DNA of 64,000 nt from Camelus dromedarius (Eukaryota). Below are positions 40,250 through 54,291 of this stretch, piece by piece. The stretch is taken from assembly GCF_036321535.1 (NCBI RefSeq), contig NC_087436.1:28956001-29020000 (forward strand). The letters run 5' to 3'. The notes below the pieces were generated by a model. That model was not told where the DNA came from. It saw nothing but the letters and a program-made list of their open reading frames with translations, and did not search any database. The position numbers and the translations under genes are program-made. The first letter of the stretch is position 1. Every line of letters begins with the position of its first letter.

Positions 40250-41450
40250 TTTCTTTAACATTTAGCTGAAATTTAAACTGCATATAGAAGATTGCACATG
40301 TCACAATCATAGTATTGCTCACAAACTAAACACGCCTGAATAATCAGCACTTGGATTAAGCAACAAAATTATACCAGCTTTCTGGTACCCCTCCTGATTG
40401 CCTTTCAGGTGCTACACAGCAAATGCTTAATAACCATTAACCTGAACTCTAACACAGTATGTTACTTTGCCTCTTTTGATATTCTATAAAAGACAGAATT
40501 ATACAATGTGTACATTTTTGTGTCAGATTTTTTTTAGCTCAACTTTTGTTTAGGAGATTTGCACACGTTAGAACATGTCATTGTAGATTATTCATTCTCA
40601 TTGCTATGTAACATTCCATTGTATAGCTAAGACTAAAATGCATTTGTCCATCTACTTTTGCTGGCCATTTGAGTAGCTTTATTTTGTTTGTTTATTTGCC
40701 TATTTGCTTTATGAGAGTTATCTGTTTGGTTGTTTTTTTGTTCCATTTTTGTTAGCTTTCTGTTTGTGTGAATGAATGCTTACTACACTAGAAATATTCT
40801 CAAACATGTCTTTTGGTGAAATCATGTAAACACTACTTTGGAATGGATTGGTCTTAAAATATGTATATGTTCTTTGGTAGATATGGGCCATTTTTCCATA
40901 CCATATGAGAGGCCTCTTTGCTCCACACGCTGCTCAAAAACTTGTATTGTCTGTTTTTCATGTCAGCCATTATAGTGAGTATATAGTGTATCTGATTTTG
41001 GTCTTAATTTGCATTTATCTGATGACCAGTATATTTAGCACATTTTTATATGTTTACCATTATTGGTTATTTGAATTTCTTCTTCTGTTAAGTGTCTGCT
41101 GAAAACTTTCGCCCATATTTCCACTGGGCTTATGTCTTTTTACTGTTAATTTGTAAGAGTTCTTTTTATTTAGTTTGGATAAAAGTCCTTTATTTGAATA
41201 CATGTGCTGTAAAGTCATCTTTCTTCTGTGGGTTGCTTTTTCACCCCGTGTAGTGCCTCATGAAGGCAGAAGTTCTTATTTTTAATGCAGTGCAAATTAT
41301 TATTTTCACTTATCATTAGTTATGTCTAAGAAATCCTACTTACTCCAAAGTCACAAAGATACTGCACATTTTCTTTTAAAATATGCAATTAATCTATAAT
41401 TGACTTTTGTGTATGATGTGAGGCAAGAGTGTATCCAGTTGACTCTGCTT
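40250..41450 (-). mobile_element. Old L1 (L1ME-like) 3' region
   Basis: Antisense L1 motifs 'ttcattctcattgctatgtaacattccattgt', 'ttaatttgcatttatctgatgacc', 'ttggataaaagtcctttatttg'. Confidence 0.85.
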
Positions 41451-42759
41451 ATTTCAGTTTTTACTTGGGCAACATAAATGGATAGATTTCTAAAGCTGTG
41501 TATTATGAAACTCATTATTTTTAAGTGCCAACCTTGAACCTTTGAAACTTTCTTATAATTTTAACAAGCAAACTAATGTTACGATAAAAGAAGACCCCTG
41601 CAATCCCAAAAACTACTACGGAGAATTAATTACAATAAAACACAGAAGATCACAAGCTAAATCTGCATCCTTATTAAAAAAATCCAGGAAAGGGATACCC
41701 ACACAGAGAGCATTGAGCTCGGGAGAAAAGCAGTGACCAGAGACACAGAGGCTGGAAGGCAGAGTACAAAGAGGTATAAAAGAGACATATTTAGTGGAGG
41801 TTTTCAAAGAACTCAAGCATACTATATAATACAAAACATTCTGCTTCCCGCCCCGCTACCAAAATCTTTAGTAAATTTCTAACAATGTCTGCTGAATAAA
41901 AAAAAAAAATGTTAATTTGAAAGCACATCAAGCTATTAATCAATGTTTCAGCGCTGTTTCTCTCGCAAATGCTTGTATATATTAGAAGCCTTATATATTC
42001 CATCATGTTATTTGCCAAGAATATGTAGTCTGATACAATGTCTGAAAACTTAAAAAAATTTGGTGGATATGAAATGAAAAACACAATATCTGGGTCAGAT
42101 TTACATAAGAGATTTCAGCAGTCTTCCTTGTTGAACACGTACTTTGGTCTATAACTCATTAGATGGCCCAGCATACTTTTATAGCAAATAATGAAAGATA
42201 TCAAAGTTGTACTGTTTAATGTGTATGAGTGAAATGACGTTGATGCTCTAAGTTACCTGTAATATACAAATACATGACAGAGAAATACATTTAAAAAAAA
42301 ATTGTCTCTGAAGAACCACTGTTAACTATTAAGCAAAACAATGAATTCATCATTGTCAGAAGTTTCTTTTAGCATTTTATGTATGTAGATCAATTACCAC
42401 TGATGCTTAACTTGCCTTGATGGGAAAATAAAGTCAGCATTTGTTCCCTATATAGTTTAATAATAAACTTCACCAGGCTAATCATATTTTGCTCAGTTTT
42501 AGACTTGATTTCAGACTCAAAGGATGGCTGGTCTACTGTGGAGCTCACAGCAAAACTCAAACTGAAGAATGTGCTCAAGAAACATATTTTTCCAGTTTTT
42601 AGAGAATAAGAAGTAATGAGTACACTCTCCTTCTCTAATCAGAGGAGAGGTTCTTCTTTAGTGGCCTTATGTCCAACATGTACGTTGTAAACACAAAAGG
42701 ATGTGTTAATTTGTTGATATAGAAATCAATAGTTTAGAGAGCTTTTTGCTGATGAAAGT

Positions 42760-42990
42760 TTATCCAAAGTAGCGGTGGCGTCCTCGTCACAGCAGTTCCC
42801 TGACGATGACAATGTTGTGTTGAGGCACCTACTGAACACAGAGAAGACAGTAGTTCCCTTAGGAACACGGTTCTGCTGCATGTCTTTAAAAGAATTCCTA
42901 AAATCTCAGAGATCTCTCTTTCTTTAACTCTATCCAGGATTGTGTGAGATATTTAATAATTTGTAATAAATTCCTTTCTACAAAAAATAG
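42760..42990 (+). mobile_element. Old ERVL-type LTR 3' part, interrupted by a younger LTR
   Basis: 'gtgtgagatatttaataatttgtaataaattcctttct' is a typical ERVL LTR poly(A) region. Confidence 0.45.
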
Positions 42991-43498
42991 TGTCGATGAA
43001 CATAATCAATAAACAATCAATAAGAAGAACAGAAAAGGTTTTATTTGAGCCAAACTGAGGGCTAGCCTGGAAGCCCGCTTCCCAGATTACTCCGGGAGAT
43101 TTCTCTCAAGGAGCAAGGTTTTCAGCACAGTTTTATATCCTTTCGGAACAAAGAACATTCAACAAGTCAGGGATACATTTCCTCAAGGCTTCAAAGACAA
43201 CAGAACAGCACGTCCACGTACAGCACACACAGTGTGGCCTTGGCGTCCGGGAAGGGGGGGGGTCTCACCGTCAAAGGAGTACCAGCTTCGACGTCTGATG
43301 AAGAGGAGCATTTAATCTTTATTTTTCACCTAGACATTCTTTACTCTGGTCAACATGCCCTTTTCTTTAATAATTAAAGCAGATGTACAATGTATGTTTG
43401 ACAGGCCGCAAGCAGGCTGTTTCAGTTAGCAAAAAAAGTCAAGTTAACTTATGTAAGAGCCGGAATGACTTCCCCATATGTGAAAATTTCTTTTATCA
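42991..43498 (-). mobile_element. Solo LTR, MER41-like ERV1
   Basis: TG...CA ends; antisense AATAAA in 'ttttatttgagccaaactgag' and TATA in 'gttttatat'; the start 'tgtcgatgaa...tttatttgagccaaa' resembles antisense MER41; CpGs retained; TSD imperfect (ATAG/GCAG). Confidence 0.8.
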
Positions 43499-44259
43499 GC
43501 AGCTCAAGGGAATTTCTTCTTTCTCATGGTAATTTGACCAAGAGGGTGTGTTGTAAGAATGAAATGTAATGTAAATTGTTTAACACAGTGATTGGGAAAT
43601 AGTTAATGTTCAACAAACGTTAGTGAGTATCATGGTTATGGAGAATTCCTCAAATACGTATGAGGTATAAATTACAGGTAAGCAATCACAGATGAAATAC
43701 TTTTGAGAAAAGTTAAAAGTGAAGTAAATTCCTGGGAATTTTAGATTACCTCTCTATATATTTTACAATTTTTCCTTACTGTCTACTGCAATGTACTTTA
43801 ATCTGGGGGTGTTGACCTTATTCTTATCCTCACAGCTGAATGTTCTGATGCCGTTCTGCCTCAGTTATAGTTCAGAGACTATATAAAGCTCAGTTATGAT
43901 CACTGGCTTTTAAACAGAGTCTGGAACACAAGGATATACTTGATGACTGAATGAAGAACACAATCCCTCTTTGGATGTATGCAAGCTCACTTACCTAAGT
44001 ATTGGTTTCAAGGCAAAGGATGTTATTCTGCTCTGTCTGATATAAGGAGAAAGTGAAAGCTCCAGATCAGATGAAGACAATTCTGTCTTGGTCCATTCAC
44101 ATCACAGTATTTTTCAAAACAGTGGAAAATCTGTGTGTAATAGGAACATTAGAATATGAGGTTCTGAACAGTCATTGTGTCCCATGGTCTTTGCTCAGAC
44201 CCTGATGTGATGGCTCACTTAAAAATCACCATCCTAGAAACAATAAAAACTCTACCAAT

Positions 44260-44410
44260 TATTATTACTTTATAGTTTTTCCATATAACAATGCTTAGGG
44301 AAAGTATTACAAATCCAGGTTTACCCGTGGGACCTCTGAGGCTGAGAGATTATCCGCTGTTACAAAGTTGGAAATTGGCAAAGCCAAGCATTGAACACCA
44401 GTTTGTTTAA
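44260..44410 (-). mobile_element. MIR SINE
   Basis: 'tttacccgtgggacctctgaggctgagagatt...ggcaaagccaagcattgaacaccag' resembles antisense MIR core. Confidence 0.55.
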
Positions 44411-45479
44411 GAAATCTCACGGAATGAATACTAGAAAGTCCCTTTAGTGAGAAACATTATTTTTACTATATCACTCTAGAGAGGCTGCTACTATTTGCTT
44501 TTCCCAACTATCATTTTAATCAACTGAGTACAATGGGGATTTACTGATCCTTATGCTTCTACACCTAAAGCTGTTGTGTCAGTTCAAGTTTCTCCTGTTT
44601 TAAAGAGAAAAGATATCCCATAGGAATTTCTTGCTTGAAGCCAGTTTTCTCAGTGTGATTAAATTAAATAATCATATTTAGAAAAAAAATGACACTGCAT
44701 TAAGAAATGGAGAAATGCCAAAGAAAATAAGATACATCTAAATTAAAAATGCAGATTCCACAGCAAAAACAGACAAATATTTCTTGTAAACATTAAAATA
44801 TAACATAAAAATTTTAAATAGTGAACTTTTTTTTGAAAGCTATCATATGTATGTACAATTTTCTCTACAGAATACATGAATTCTTCAAAGAATTCACATC
44901 ATTTCATTATAAGCAATTAAGTTACACTATGAAGACAAAAATCACAAAGAGTTGAAAAGTTATCCAAATATCCCTTCTGTTCCCAAATCAATTTGTCTCT
45001 GCTTCTACAGCATTCCAGGAAAAAAAATTACATTACTTCTCTGATTAATGCAGAACATCAATCTGAATTGAATAGCTTCATTCATAAAGCCTTTTAACTT
45101 ATATTTATTTATACTAAGTATACTAATTTATTAAACTAACTGTACTAAGTACTGTGCATATTGCTAAATTCCTGGGAAGAAAAAAAATGACTTCTTTGGA
45201 GTTCCTGAGACTGATAACACTACTGGCAAACTAAACCCTGAAAACAGAAAAATCTTTTCCAAGTTATTTAGATAAACATGGGGAAAAAACTCAAAATGCC
45301 TTCTATTTCAATATTCATGAAAGTTTAGGCTTTAGTTTGATGACAATATATAGATAAGGTGATAACTGATACATTCAGCAAAAAAAAAAAAAAATAACTA
45401 TTCCTAGAGCAATTAAAAATTCCTCCATGGTTGTTGTATTAAATTGTTCATTTGTCAACATACTACTTTAATATGCATT

Positions 45480-47260
45480 GTGTAGGCATTATGGCATCAA
45501 CAAAATAAAGTGAAATCTCCACCACAACATTTATAAAGAACATACAGATTATTACTGATCGATTATAATAGAGACAATCTACTCAAACAGTTCAGCTTCA
45601 TTGTCTTCTCTAATTGCTACTTAAACTAATCTCTGTAGAGAAGTCTCTCCAGTAAACTTTACATAGACTTCACTGAATAATCTCTTACCTCAGAAGCATA
45701 TCTTAGACGATGCTTGTATGTTGTCCTTTTCATTCCTAAGCATTTTGTACGTAATTCTCAGATGTCTCCAGATTATAAAGACCATGAAGGCAAATGTCAT
45801 CCTGTGATTCATTTTCAAATCGCTTCCAGGAGTTGTGGAGGAGGATCAAGTAAAAGAAGTGTAGACATCTATCTACAGAAGTCAAAGATGTCAGATAAAA
45901 ATAAGCAGTTTGCGCCATTGAGAGTGAAGGATGAAAAGGTGTCCTCCAGACAAAAAAAAAGTGACTGAGGATGGTCCACACAAAATGAATGCCAAGTGCA
46001 AGGGGCAACGGGGTTGAAAGAGGGTTATGCAGGGGGAAATACTATTCAGGGTTCCTAGACTGAAAAATTCAAGGCAAACTTGGGGAAAAGGAAGGTTGAA
46101 TTCATCAGTCAGAAGATGAACTGAAGCTGTTTGTATTTTATCTAGCAAAACAATGGTTGTTTAAATATTTTTTAGAAGTGAAAATCTTTTCAAATATTGT
46201 TTGGTCTCTAAGATATAAAATGATACAAGCAGAACACCAGTAGTTGAGATGCTCGCCCAATATCTAAAGATCTTGTCTCTCCTTCTGCCACCACACCCTC
46301 CCCCAACACGTGGCTCAGTCTTCCAAGTCTGAGGACGTTATATTATGTTGAGACTTCATGACCTCAGTAAGAGGAGGCCAAGGCCCATCTGAGTTGGAAG
46401 TGAAGACTGAAGGGCTCTTAGAGATGCAGAGCAGAGCCGGAAGCCAAGGCTACTCAGAGATTGGATTGTGAAGGGTGCTGGCTTGGAGGCTACCTGCATC
46501 ACTTCTGTGGCAGAGGTGAATCAGTAGCACCTGGACAAGTTCTGTAGGTTTCGACGTGAGACTTTAATTTTCAGACATACTGAGTTTGAGGAGCTGGCCT
46601 TAGAAAATGAAGATTGAAATAAAGGTATACCTGAGTGGTTGAGTTGAGATATGTTGAGACAAAGTGAGAGATTACACATATAAACGAATCTAGGTATGGA
46701 AGGATATATTTTTTAAGTTAGGACCATTTGAACATGCTGATATACTGAGGAAAAAACATTGGCAAGGAGGCAAAGGAAGTAGTTGATAGGGAAAGATGTC
46801 CAAGGTGGCAGGCAGGAAGAAATGAGATTAAAATCATAGGTGACTAGATCTGCCTTGGAAAGAGTTTTCACATTTGGATCTTTGAATAGACCCACGCGTA
46901 GAACTTTCAGTTACCTGAGCCAAAGTGGCCCTTTTCTATTCAGCTAACGTAGACTGACATTCTGCGGCTTGTAATCACAGCAGACCCGACTTATACAAAC
47001 AGTGACAAAAATGTTTCCTTTGAAGATGTAAGGATAGGAGCCAATGATATGGAGATTTTGAGACTCTTAGAAGTTGTAAGATTCCTTATTATGCTTAAAT
47101 TATTTCTCTAAACTAGGAAGCAAGGTCAACCACTGAATGGTGTGTGTGTGGAAGGGCAAGCCTGGATTTCAGGCTTGAAGCAAGGAGTTAGAATTTAACA
47201 TTGGGAGGGAAAGGAACAGAAAGTAGACTGCACTGAGACTACAGAGCAATATTTAGTCTA
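45480..47260 (-). mobile_element. Patchy L2 fragments
   Basis: 'ttcagacatactgagtttgag', 'gtttcctttgaagatgtaagg', 'aagcaaggtcaaccactga' are antisense L2-like. Confidence 0.45.
46830..46997 (+). mobile_element. MaLR LTR 3' end (MLT1J/K-like)
   Basis: 'aactttcagttacctgagccaaa...gcttgtaatcacagcagacccgacttataca'. Confidence 0.6.
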
Positions 47261-49928
47261 TGTGATAACTGATTTGACGAAATTTAACAAACTATGGAAG
47301 ACAATGTAGTCAGATTCTCAAATTTACTGAAAAACATTTCTCAGAACAAACTTCCTTTTCTTAAATCTAATTTTATGTCTTTATATCCCTTGTCTCTTAA
47401 AATGAGAATTTACACATACTTACTCTGCATGAACTATTCAAACATGAAGAAATAGTTACATAATCTGCTCTTACTGGTAACTGTACACATCAAATATTAC
47501 TCAGGCATATCATGTTAAAGGCTTTCTATTAGCAAGGGGGAAAAACATCATTGTTCCCTCCAATGCTTACACTAATTTCTTTCTCTCCCTTTTTAATTAA
47601 GAATAAGTAATGAATACAATTTATCAGTGTCTTAAATAGACCCTTATTGGCCTTGATTACATGCAAATTAATTACTAATAATCTGTTTTTAAACAGATGG
47701 CATTGTTTGTCACAACATTTCTGAAGGATGGTGATAAACTTTTAGATCATTTGGTGAAATGTTTATTAAATTATATATATATGTGTGCATATACATGTAT
47801 GTACACTAAATATATATACATAAACATATGTGTGTTTGTATTTATATGTTTGTGTGTATATACACATACTCATACACTCAATATATGTGCTATGTAAACA
47901 TATGTAAACGTATATAAATATTTTATATTGGTGAATATGTTCTAAACTTTTTAAAAACGTGTTTTTTTAATTTTAATTTCTGATCTTAAAAATCAGTAGA
48001 GTTCAAACATTTTGATGTGTAAAACAAAAATAAATTATATGCCCATATTCAGTGACTTTCTCTGTAAAAGAAATTACCCTCCAAAACAATTTTCTCTAAC
48101 ACTCATGTCAATAAAATGTGTTTTATCTATGTATGCAGAAAGAGAAAGAAAAAGCATTTAGTTTTATTTTCATTTGTGCTATCCAAAAGACATGGTTGAA
48201 GAACATTACTGTTCAACAGTCCCCAGCTTACAAATAATTTCTTTACTTAAGATGAATTTTTAAAACAGGGCATTTTTTTATAGACATAATGTCATGAATG
48301 CATTCCCAGGTTCCCTGTATACCACATAAAGACAATTTGTTCTACAAATGGTTGAAATTGTATATGTTGACAATAGAAAATAATTTTGTAAAAGTCAATA
48401 TTGTTACAAATAGAACACTCAGCTAAAGCTCCTCTATATGAATATTCAAGACAGAGTTGGATAAACTTCAGATATGGCTTTCATTCACTGACATAACTGA
48501 TATCAAATCTGTACTGTCATCTGATGTGAGAAGCAGAAGGTTGGACAGGTTAAGATAAACACTATATTCCTGAAAAAATAAAATGTGTGTGAAAAGGAGA
48601 TTTTTAAGGTGCTTTACCATTGTCATAATTTTAATCACTTTGGGTTCTTTCTTACTGTTAAAAATTCTTAAACTGGTACACCATTTGTGCTATCTTCATA
48701 TAGATTTAACAATCCATCCCCTTCTTTTCAATATTGTTCTCCAAAAAGTCTTCAAATAGAAAATGTAAAAATCACTGACATGATTAAGTCCATGATAAAT
48801 AGTCTGATTAATTTTGACTTCTAGAAAATATATCATTGCCATAAGTATGGTGATGAGAATCAGGAAATATGTCTTTCAGATGTTATTAAAAATTACTATT
48901 TACAGAAGGACTTATTTAATCCTCCAAGGGTCGGTGTTTGCCTCCTCACCAATGATCCAGGGAATGATTTAGCCAAAATTAGAACCCATATCCATGGATT
49001 TCAAAGCCCATGTTGCCATTTTAATTATTCCTGATATGCCAGACAAGCTGTTCTTTTACGATAGTGTCCAAATGTTTGTTTTTCTTAAGTGAAGTTTCAA
49101 CAGGAGTCTCCTTCCTCCTAGCAGCACACAAATTAGATCTTAACCTCTGTTTGCAAACTTCAGGAAAAAGAAGTATGTAGAATTTGTAGCACAAAACGCC
49201 TTGTAATGATTTTTCTCACTTCTTCTGTAATCCATCTAAATGTATACAACGTACTACAATCAAAATAATAAAAATGTATTTTACACTTACTGTATGTTCA
49301 ATAATACAAATTTCATATGAATTAAAGCACAGAATGTGCAAATAATTCAGTGGGGGAAGTTAGTCATTAGTTGCAAATTACAAAGAAGAAAATTAAAAAC
49401 AGATTGGTTAAGTGAGTTTTCAAAAGTCACACAGATTTAAAGTATTATAAAGTGGATTTTAACCCAGGCCATCTAATGTCATAACCTGAGTTTGACATAT
49501 ATACAAAATGCACTGTCTGTGTATAGTTCACTTCTGCTTCTAGTCTGCAATGTGAGTTTAAGTCATACCCCTCAAGGCTTAATTTTCCTCTTCTGCAAAG
49601 TATGTGAAATGGTAAATCAACATTTCCCAAATTATATGCCTCCAAACTCTCACTTTTGAAATGTAAGTTTGTAGGGGAAAAAAAGGATTTTCATAGTCAA
49701 TTGTTGGGCATACGAGGCTGAATGTCCATTGGAAAATGAAAAATCCTCTACCTCTCCCTTTCTCTCCACTTTCAATCTAACGAAACTAAGCAAGGGTTCG
49801 TGAAGAGTACTTTAGAATTTTAGACAAAGATCTCTCTAAACTCCATCTTACTCCAATGTACACTGTTCTACACTATCTTATTTGCCTTCAATATTGTGAC
49901 CATCCAGTCCCTATCTCATTTTGCACAT

Positions 49929-49973
49929 GCACACACAGACACACACACACACAGACACACACACACACACACA
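49929..49973 (+). repeat. (CA)n interrupted microsatellite
   Basis: Directly visible. Confidence 0.95.
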
Positions 49974-50269
49974 TGCTCAGTATAATGTGAGATATACTAT
50001 TATAGCCTGAAGATGTCAGGAAAAGCATACAAGCTACAATAGAAATTTTAATTTTTGTTATCATTTCTAATACTTGCACCATAAGCTTTGTTTAAACCAC
50101 AAGGCTATGCCTTTTAAATGAGAGAGGAATTTATGGATATAAAAATAGTTTCTCTTTAAAATTCAGTATATAATAGATCTTTCTATTTTGCATATTTCTA
50201 ATGAAGCATTATTTGCTTAATTGCCTCATTATATTTGATCTTATTCCCATACTATTTAAGGTAGCTAGC

Positions 50270-50445
50270 AACAGGGGTCCTGAAGGCAGACGTTATCTCC
50301 CAACACTCACTAGCCTTGCAATTAAGAATTATGCTTCTCTTAGTTCATAATCTGAAAATGGGTTTAAAATATCATCTTTCTATATAAGTTTTGTGATAAC
50401 CAACACAGTACTTGTCACAGATGGAAAACTCAATAAACATTAGCT
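50270..50445 (+). mobile_element. MIR SINE
   Basis: 'cttagttcataatctgaaaatggg...cacagtacttgtcacagatggaaactcaataaacattagct'. Confidence 0.6.
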
Positions 50446-52721
50446 TTCACTGTAACTTTAGAACTATTATGGTTTGGATTTTAATGTGAGTCCAATATGC
50501 TTATCTTGGTTTGTCCTAGAGTTTGGAATTGTATATAAATCATAGTAGAGATGCTTTTTTATCATCTATGTCAAGAGAAGATTTCTTGTAACAACACCTG
50601 CCAGTGTAACTTAGAAGCTACTATTACCCATCACTAATAACTAGAAGCATTTTTGTAGTCTGTTCAGAGTGTTGTGGGTGGGGGTGGAGTGGGGGAGTAT
50701 TGCTTGTTTTTTATTTCTACCCAAAAGTTTCCCTGACCAGGAAATTTCATGTGAAGTTATGGGATGCGTATGTCCCCCTTTCCAAATCTCTCTGTAAAAG
50801 ATTCTCTCTATAAGCTGGAGATTGTTTTGTTTGACATCTTTTCCAACTAAAATTCATTTCATGACCCTAATTTAGATATGAGAACTGATTTGCGTCTCCA
50901 AGTTAACTGCAAAACTTGACCAGGGTCACATCATTTTAAGTAGTAGAGCTAAAATAAAATCCAGCTTGAAACAATTTCAGAATCACCGTGCTATTCTTCC
51001 ATATTGTCCATCAATTTCCCATAGTATGAAAGTTAAGGGGGAGTGATACCAGCCCGATGTATGCATTGAGTTATATGTTTAAAGCCTTTGAATTTTTTTC
51101 AAATCCTTGCTGATTATTTCAGAAAAGAGGCATTTTAGTAGATTTCTTATTGCAGTGTCAGAGCTAATTAATAATTATGTTTTTCTTAACTACTACTTGA
51201 GTTATCATCATTTCCTTCTATACATACTTTGCAAATTAATAAGTGGTGTGCTCTGCAAAGTGCCAAACACGGCAAAATGTCCTAGCCTAGGCTGAATACA
51301 TAAATATTATACGCATCACCTACTCACTTCTACTTTAATCAGTATTAATTTCAAAGTGTATATTTTGTTTAAAAAGTTTTATGCCCCTCTTGCTCTGATT
51401 TCAATTATACCTCCTTAATATCTGCACATTCTAGAAGCACCAGAATTTTAGGGCCTTTTTGTTTTCAGTTTTGAGATGTATTCCTTTCTGCTTGACAAAG
51501 CAAATAGAGTGGATATTCTATTCTTTTGCTTGTATTATAATTTCAGGAGACGATATGCCTTTTAGGTAGGAAAAAAAATTTTATTCATGCTTGATACAAA
51601 AGAACAATTCTAAGAGGTAATTTACTTAAAGCAGAGGATGTAGTAAATGTTCACAGGACATACTCTTTCAGCATAAAGTTGGGGGGGTTTTAATCTGTTT
51701 TTAAATAAATAGTGTTAATTTCAAGGTTTTAAACATACAAAAATCCACTGTGTTTCTTTTATCTTCCTGTTGGCAATAAGAAAGAATGTGGGTGCTTTAA
51801 ATCCTCCTGATGGGTCTGTCACTGGCACAATAAACTCTCCTCCAGAGCAGAAGAGGCCCTTTTCTGTCACTGTGATCTCTCGGAGTTGAAGATTGCCACG
51901 TGGGATCTCTGTCAACTTCCTAAAATGCAACCTCCTCATCTAGGCTGCCACCCGTAGCCTGACAGATTGGGTAGATGATCCCATCATCAGATCGCACTGT
52001 GTTTTACAATTTGGGGCCAGGTGTCATCTTTGGGGAAGAGACTTAAAGCTTTTGTCAGAGAGTATTTCTCTCGTTTCACTTAACATCTACTCACCTTTTG
52101 GTATCGAAAGAATAAAAAATACAAACTGATAAGGTTATCCCCAGGCAGAGTTTTCATCCAACCCAAGGCAGTCTCGGCAGTTATAAGGATCCTTCAATAA
52201 TCTGTCAAAAACTGAACCACTGTGTAAAGAGCTGTTCATTTCTATATCTCATTTTGGATTGACGTGCGTGCACCTTTATATCCTTCAGTTTGATATAACA
52301 TTTGGCCTTTCATGTTCTCAGTTTCAGCTACAGGGAATTCAAAGCTATTTCAAAGCGTAATTATACCAATCTGCATATAAGAGGCTGTATGTCCTGTAGA
52401 GGGTTGGATGGAAAAGCAAACTCTTTCAAAAAAGAAAATTAGAAGTAATTCCCACAACTAAAATTCACTAAAAGTTAATACATTTTTTTTATCTGTTAAG
52501 AACAGTTTTTTTAAAAGCCAATAGAAGATTAATCCAGAAGTGATGGGCACTTTTTGGCGAGGTAGGGAGGAGAAGAGGAACGGAGAACTGAAAATTGAGA
52601 AGGACATCAAAGAAACAGAGCAAGTACATTACATGAGTTATCTGTGAAAATGGCCACATCGCACCAGAAAAATCAATACTTCATATTGCTGTAGCAGACA
52701 ATAGGATTCTCACTTACACAG

Positions 52722-53236
52722 TGTGTTAGTTACCTGTTGCCATGTAACAATATACCCCAAAACACACTATCATCTCACAATTTGTGTGGCACACAATCCT
52801 TAGTGCAGCTTAACCGGATGCCTCTGGCTGTGGCCTCTCTTGAGACTGCAGTCAAGCTCTTGGCAGGAACCATGATCTCCTTTGAAGACATGGCTTCTTC
52901 AAGTTGAGGGAGAGGGTCTTGCTTCCAAGCTCACTCTATGGTTGTTGATAGGACTTGATCTCTGGCCACCTGGGTCTTACCACAAAACTGTCCTCATGAC
53001 ATCTCCACAAGCAGTCCACAAGAGAATGAGAGAGAGCACAAGACGTTCCCCAAGATGGAAGTCATAGCCTTTTTAGAACTAATATGAGAAGTGACATTCC
53101 CTCACTCTACCACATTCTATTCCTTAGAAGTGGGTTACTGTATCCCACCTAACTTCAAACGAAGGGGACTACTCATGGTGTAAATACCAGGAGATGGAAA
53201 TCATTATGGGCCATCCCAGAGGCTGCCTACTCCACA
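52722..53236 (-). mobile_element. MaLR LTR (MLT1F-like)
   Basis: Antisense start 'tgtgttagttacctgttgccatgtaacaatataccccaaaac', internal 'gcttccaagctcactc', end 'ggccatcccagaggctgcctactcca'. Confidence 0.85.
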
Positions 53237-54291
53237 TATATACACTCATACTAAGTTGCTTTTGGTACTTTTTAATATTACAAAAGACTTTTCAAAATAA
53301 ATGTAAATGTGGTTTTAAACTAAAAGTAATTGCTACTACAAAAATTTTGCAGTTCTATTTCTTCGCAAATATTTCCTCTCCAATGATAATCTTGCTAGTT
53401 TTAGAAAGTTTCATAACTTGAAAATGATGAGTGCAGTTAGTTAAATCTTTAAAATAACTGTTTTTATCTTTTTTTTACCATGAGAAAATTGAGATATAAA
53501 AAAACCTTACAAACATAATTGTGTAAATTCTGGAGCTAACAAAATACTTAGCACCGAAGTTATGTAGCATATGGTTATCCTAGTCCCAAACAGTAAAATG
53601 TGTCTATGTGTGCCAGCTCTTAATTACCAGCTCATTAACACTCAGGTGTCAATTGCTGGTGGCAAAGGCAATACCCAAATGGCCTCGTTTCTGTCATGCA
53701 TAGTGTAATTAAATTGACCTCAAGTACTGAAGCTTGCAAGTCGCCTGATACTATTTGGACGCTAATTTCAGGCACTATTCAAAGCAGAGTAATATGGTGA
53801 ATAAACCAATGTAATGAGAGAAAAGCTCTATTGGGGTTTAAATTGTATTTTCATATGTAATTATAACCTTAAAGACAGTTGTGTAAATACTCACCATTCT
53901 AATCAATATCAGATATCGCAATGCATATCACGTATTTGATGTTAACATTGTTGATCTAAAATTCCACTCGCTCTCAAGGATAAAGTTGTTACTAATCAAA
54001 AGTGAAAAATAAATTATTGTAATAGTCGCATTTGGGGAAAATGGGATTACATATCATGTTTTATGATCTCATCTATTGATTTGAAAGGAAGTATTTAAAT
54101 TTTAAATTTAGATTATCAATTTCTAAATGTGACCCAATAGCAAACATATCAGTGCTTTCTATGTAGCCTTAACAACAACAAAAAATACACTAGCAAGAAT
54201 CTCACAAACCCTCAGTAATCTAATGAATCTTCACGACACTCTCTGTCACATTTGTAAGCCTTTGCTCATTATGCTCAAATTTCATTTTCAA

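Noticed and set aside
47697..47897. Acceptor-like site followed by an ATG ORF
   Set aside because: Weak donors, and the ORF runs into TA/CA low-complexity sequence.
50676..50695. G-quadruplex candidate
   Set aside because: Only three runs of three or more G.
51721..51939. 72-aa minus-strand ORF as a coding exon
   Set aside because: No recognisable homology; better explained as the motif cluster reported in findings.
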